Of a DNA stretch of 64,000 nucleotides, positions 60,269 through 64,000 are shown in pieces. Position 1 is the stretch's first letter; each line of letters opens with the position of its first letter. Origin of the DNA: an uncultured Akkermansia sp. GTDB taxonomy: Bacteria > Verrucomicrobiota > Verrucomicrobiia > Verrucomicrobiales > Akkermansiaceae. Under the pieces are notes generated by a model. It was not told the origin of the DNA, made no database searches, and saw only the letters and a list, made by a program, of their open reading frames with translations. The stretch lies in contig CAZJIH010000001.1 of the NCBI GenBank assembly GCA_964545935.1, positions 10,805-74,804 on the forward strand. Direction: 5' to 3'. The translations under genes were made by a program, and so were the position numbers.

Positions 60269-60928
60269 ATGATAGCAACAAAAGTCATTCTCGACCTACC
60301 TACGGAAAATTGGCTAGAATACGCATTTGCAGCCATTCCGCGTTACGCAGTTACGTCATCCATTATCATTCTTGCCACATTATGCCTCTTTTTTGTGGTG
60401 GCATTTGTGTGGGGGCGTTGCTGGAATAAAATGTGGAGTATATGGAAGTACAAACGCAGTTTTGCGATTGGTCTCCTCGCTGTGATTACGGCTGCATGTC
60501 TCGCTGCCCGCGATGCCTTATGCAGCGGTGATTTCAACAGTTTCTCCGGAGGAGCTGACAAAATCATGACTGCTTTCAATGGCAGGACACTTCGGCACGA
60601 TTCCGGCGCTGCTTACTCCCTCGCAAGATCATACTCTGAAATATTCCCTGATCAATGTGATTTTTCCGGAGATGCCACATCAGATGACGCCGCTTCCTCA
60701 ATCAATGAATCGTCCGGTGCAGCATGCCATGAATCGACATATGCTGATCAGGACGGAGAGTCCGGATATGCAATCTCCGGTACATCGCTTGCTCCCTATG
60801 GAGTCTGCTACAAGCTTCTTACTCTTATCCCTCTACTTTGTATCATACTTCTTCTTCTTGGTGTTCCTTGGGCAAGTGATCACTCTATCCGTCTATTTGC
60901 ACCCACACCAAGATTCCCTAAAAAATAA
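60269..60928 (+). CDS. 3-TM membrane protein, 'WNKKW' family, paralogue 3
   Basis: TENWLEYAF...CWNKMWS...AACLAARDALC, closely matching 46358-47047. Confidence 0.75.
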   Translation: MIATKVILDLPTENWLEYAFAAIPRYAVTSSIIILATLCLFFVVAFVWGRCWNKMWSIWKYKRSFAIGLLAVITAACLAARDALCSGDFNSFSGGADKIMTAFNGRTLRHDSGAAYSLARSYSEIFPDQCDFSGDATSDDAASSINESSGAACHESTYADQDGESGYAISGTSLAPYGVCYKLLTLIPLLCIILLLLGVPWASDHSIRLFAPTPRFPKK

Positions 60929-60945
60929 ATTTTCATTTAACACTT

Positions 60946-63900
60946 ATGGCAAGGCATCAACTAATTATAGGACTTGGCGGTGTGGGTGGACGCTCCATCG
61001 CAGCATTCAAACGAACGGTTGCAATTCACAAGCAGGATTACAATACTATTACAGAGGAATTAGGTGGTCGATTTGAGTATCTTTATATCGATTCAGACAA
61101 TGATATCTTGAACAGCGATATTTGGAACACATACGGAGAGTCTGTGAGATTGGCTCCATCCGATTTTGTGATGTTGAAAGAAGGTATTCGTATGGATTCG
61201 ATCAGGAAAATCTCACTACAGGAGAACATCACACCGTGGATTGGTAACTTGGCAGAACATTTTGCCACGAGAACGGGGAAAAGTAACAATTTAGATAACG
61301 AGAATTTGGATTCGGAGCTCATCGGGCTCGATGGAGCAGGTCAATTACGCCGGTACGGTCGCGTCCTCTTTGCTTTGCACTCACAAACTATTCGCCACAG
61401 TCTCCGAGATAAGATCAAAAATCTTACGTATGATTCAGACTCTGAAATTGATGTGCGTATCTTTTGCACCCTAGGAGGCGGAACTGGGAGTGGCAGTATC
61501 ATCGATATGGTTACTCTTATTCAAAGTCTCGCTGATGACATCGGGCACGGGTATCGCACGTTTATTTATACATTTGTGGCAGGTATGGCTCAAGATGCGC
61601 AAGATACCGGTTCCTTCTACCAAAATGAGTACGCTGCGTTAAGAGATTTAAATGCTCTCATGGTAGGGAAGTATCATCCGTATATTGCAGGTGTTGTCGG
61701 TCGAGATATCGGTGATAACTATTACTACGGGAAAGGGAATCATCCTATCCATGCAATTTATATATCATCAGAAGAATCTCAGGGGAATCCTAATTTGAGA
61801 GATCAGGTCGAATTTATGGCGAATGCTTGCTTCGATACTATCGTGTACAGCTTGCTTTACAAAGAACCGAATTGCATGAAAGCATTCTCCGGAGAAGATA
61901 TTGTACAGATTAATCCGGGTGAGCCAGCCTCCTTGCCTCTCCGTAGCTACCGTTTTGCAGCACTCGGTTCAAGAAGATGGTGTCTTCCTATAGACCTCAT
62001 TCAAGAACTCCTAAAAATGAAGTATGAATTACGTGTACTTAATTCGTGGACTAGGGGTGCCCCATTACCTCGGGGAGTACAAAAACGTAATATCAGTCAA
62101 AATTCTTTAGATTTCTCGCCAAATACCACTAAAACGTGGGAAGCTATCGAAAGGTATTGCAATAGAACAAAAGAACGTCTCGTCCATGCAAAAAAAATGA
62201 TTGAAGGAGACGGAAAAACGAATCCGAATTCGCTACGTACCTTGAACGAAGTTAGTACCGAAATAACAAAAAATATCTCAGAGAAATTATTGAATAGTAC
62301 GGATATGCGTCTCGAACTTCAGCGTTACGCGCAGGAAGACGCTGAAAAGCTGCTCAGCTTGTTGACAGAAAAAATGGGAAGTCTAGTTAGATGGGGTGAA
62401 GGTAGTGCGAACACGTGGGGAATTGACGATGTCCGAAGCTTTTTGGGTAATTACTTGCGCGGTATCTCGTCGTGGATGGACGAGCTCACGGAAGCGATGA
62501 CCAAGCAGGACATTGAGGATGCACAAAAAAGACTCAGTGAAACAATGGAGCTGCGCGAAAAGGAATGGAAAAAGTTTGGCATTCTACATCGCCCGAGGAA
62601 AAAGAACCGCATGCTTAACTATCAACTCGATGATTGTATTTATCGCATAGACCTCACACTCCTTCCGTTCCGGCGCCTTGCACTGTCCCTTCTTATTGAA
62701 GAAGCCCAAAACAAAGTGAGTTCCTTGCTCTCGCACGTCGATGCTGCGTCTCGAGAAATTAAGATATGCTGCTCTCGGCTTGAGGGTGCTATACAAGCAT
62801 TAGAACATCGTATTATGACCGCCAATGATTCGGACAGAAGTGATCAGTTTGAACTTGACAAAGAGAATCTAGTTAAAGTACAACAAGAAATTGAATCACT
62901 TGATGATGAACATGCTATGCAAATGGCTCGTGTGTATTGTCCGGCATGGGATAAAGTTATGTGTTCGCTTGACAAATGCGAGGAGGGTGCCATAACTGAA
63001 CTTATAAACTCACTCGAAGATGCTTTTTATCGTTCATCTAAGAGACTCCTTGATCATGTTATAGCTCGAAATAATTCGCTAAAGGGGATTCCTCTATCTT
63101 CTTTTTACGAGCACCTTATTCAAATTGCGGGTAAAGTCCCCGGTCCGGATAATCAGAATTGGGAGAAAAAGCTTGGCAAAAAAATTGATAGTTTTGTCGG
63201 TGAGCTTCGTTGTAGCACATTTGTGCAAGGAAACGGTCTTACGGTGCCTCTCAATGCTCCGTGCAGGGCTGTTGTATTTGGGCTTCCGAAACAAACCGAC
63301 GTTCCGGCAGGTTTTGTAGAGTGGCTTAAAACGCGATTGGTTAGGGCTATCCCCGGTAACTTCCGTCCCTTGCCGGGGCGTATCGATTTCTACGAGCATT
63401 CAAATAGCGAAATTCGCGTCCTGTATACGTCTTACTGGTTCCCGGCGAGATTTGCTCCTGTTGTCAGTGGTATTTTTGAACGCTATAAGGACGTGTCTAG
63501 ACACCCTGATGGAAATGTAAAAATATATTTTGCTAACATCGATGATGATGATATCGGGTTACAGTCAGAAACTCGTCCGCCTCTTACTGAAGATGGATAT
63601 CCGGATAAAGTAAATGCTCGGAATGTTGACCTTGCGTCTAAACTCTATTTCAAACAAGGCGATCTCAGAGCACCTCTCGTTAAGGTAAATGATTCCGGTA
63701 TCATTATTATTAAGCGTATCAATACTCACGGTATAGCTGAGTACAGCAAAGATTACTCCCTAGATGAACGCTTGTACCCGAGTGATACTTTCACAACAGA
63801 ACTGAATAGTGCTATCAACATAGCGATAAGGCAAATGGATGAGGAGGAGAGACAAGCTATTTTCGACGCGTATACGAAGGAATTAGAAGATTTGATCGAG

Positions 63901-63990
63901 GCGGGTGTAGACCCGGATAGAGATGATGCAGTCATTGAAGCTCGGGAAGCGCGTAAATCCGTCCGCAAACGTCTTGGTCTGAATGACTAA
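60946..63990 (+). CDS. Tubulin/FtsZ-like GTPase-domain protein, paralogue 2
   Basis: Same motifs as 47095-50178 (GLGGVGG, GAGQLRRYGR, GGGTGSG); colinear over the full length. Confidence 0.85.
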   Translation: MARHQLIIGLGGVGGRSIAAFKRTVAIHKQDYNTITEELGGRFEYLYIDSDNDILNSDIWNTYGESVRLAPSDFVMLKEGIRMDSIRKISLQENITPWIGNLAEHFATRTGKSNNLDNENLDSELIGLDGAGQLRRYGRVLFALHSQTIRHSLRDKIKNLTYDSDSEIDVRIFCTLGGGTGSGSIIDMVTLIQSLADDIGHGYRTFIYTFVAGMAQDAQDTGSFYQNEYAALRDLNALMVGKYHPYIAGVVGRDIGDNYYYGKGNHPIHAIYISSEESQGNPNLRDQVEFMANACFDTIVYSLLYKEPNCMKAFSGEDIVQINPGEPASLPLRSYRFAALGSRRWCLPIDLIQELLKMKYELRVLNSWTRGAPLPRGVQKRNISQNSLDFSPNTTKTWEAIERYCNRTKERLVHAKKMIEGDGKTNPNSLRTLNEVSTEITKNISEKLLNSTDMRLELQRYAQEDAEKLLSLLTEKMGSLVRWGEGSANTWGIDDVRSFLGNYLRGISSWMDELTEAMTKQDIEDAQKRLSETMELREKEWKKFGILHRPRKKNRMLNYQLDDCIYRIDLTLLPFRRLALSLLIEEAQNKVSSLLSHVDAASREIKICCSRLEGAIQALEHRIMTANDSDRSDQFELDKENLVKVQQEIESLDDEHAMQMARVYCPAWDKVMCSLDKCEEGAITELINSLEDAFYRSSKRLLDHVIARNNSLKGIPLSSFYEHLIQIAGKVPGPDNQNWEKKLGKKIDSFVGELRCSTFVQGNGLTVPLNAPCRAVVFGLPKQTDVPAGFVEWLKTRLVRAIPGNFRPLPGRIDFYEHSNSEIRVLYTSYWFPARFAPVVSGIFERYKDVSRHPDGNVKIYFANIDDDDIGLQSETRPPLTEDGYPDKVNARNVDLASKLYFKQGDLRAPLVKVNDSGIIIIKRINTHGIAEYSKDYSLDERLYPSDTFTTELNSAINIAIRQMDEEERQAIFDAYTKELEDLIEAGVDPDRDDAVIEAREARKSVRKRLGLND

Positions 63991-64000
63991 ACACTAATTC

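Overview
Bacterial chromosomal window; the gene repertoire suggests Verrucomicrobiota (Akkermansiaceae-like), which is an inference. Left to right: the end of a GtrA/ArnT/GT2 cell-surface glycosylation cluster, bioB, an outer-membrane beta-barrel gene with a divergent operator-controlled non-coding transcript, a complete type I R-M operon, housekeeping genes (ftsK, carboxyltransferase, trxB, yceD-rpmF, glgB, mutL), and a repeat-bracketed accessory patch (nuclease-less MmeI-like methyltransferase, AAA_14 ATPase) next to tRNA-Asn and tRNA-Asp. These are followed by exbB-exbD-TPR-PBP-suhB-rsmB and clpB. The last ~18 kb (46.2-64 kb) is the most interesting part. It is a co-directional locus encoding two ~1000-aa tubulin/FtsZ-like GTPases, a coiled-coil/PstS-like/OmpA protein, four tandem ZorA/MotA-like paralogues with coiled-coil tails, one ZorB/MotB-like protein and three paralogous 'WNKKW' membrane proteins. 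No ZorC/D/E effector is present in the window. It looks like a Zorya-type ion-driven motor coupled to a tubulin-like protein, and probably continues past the right edge.
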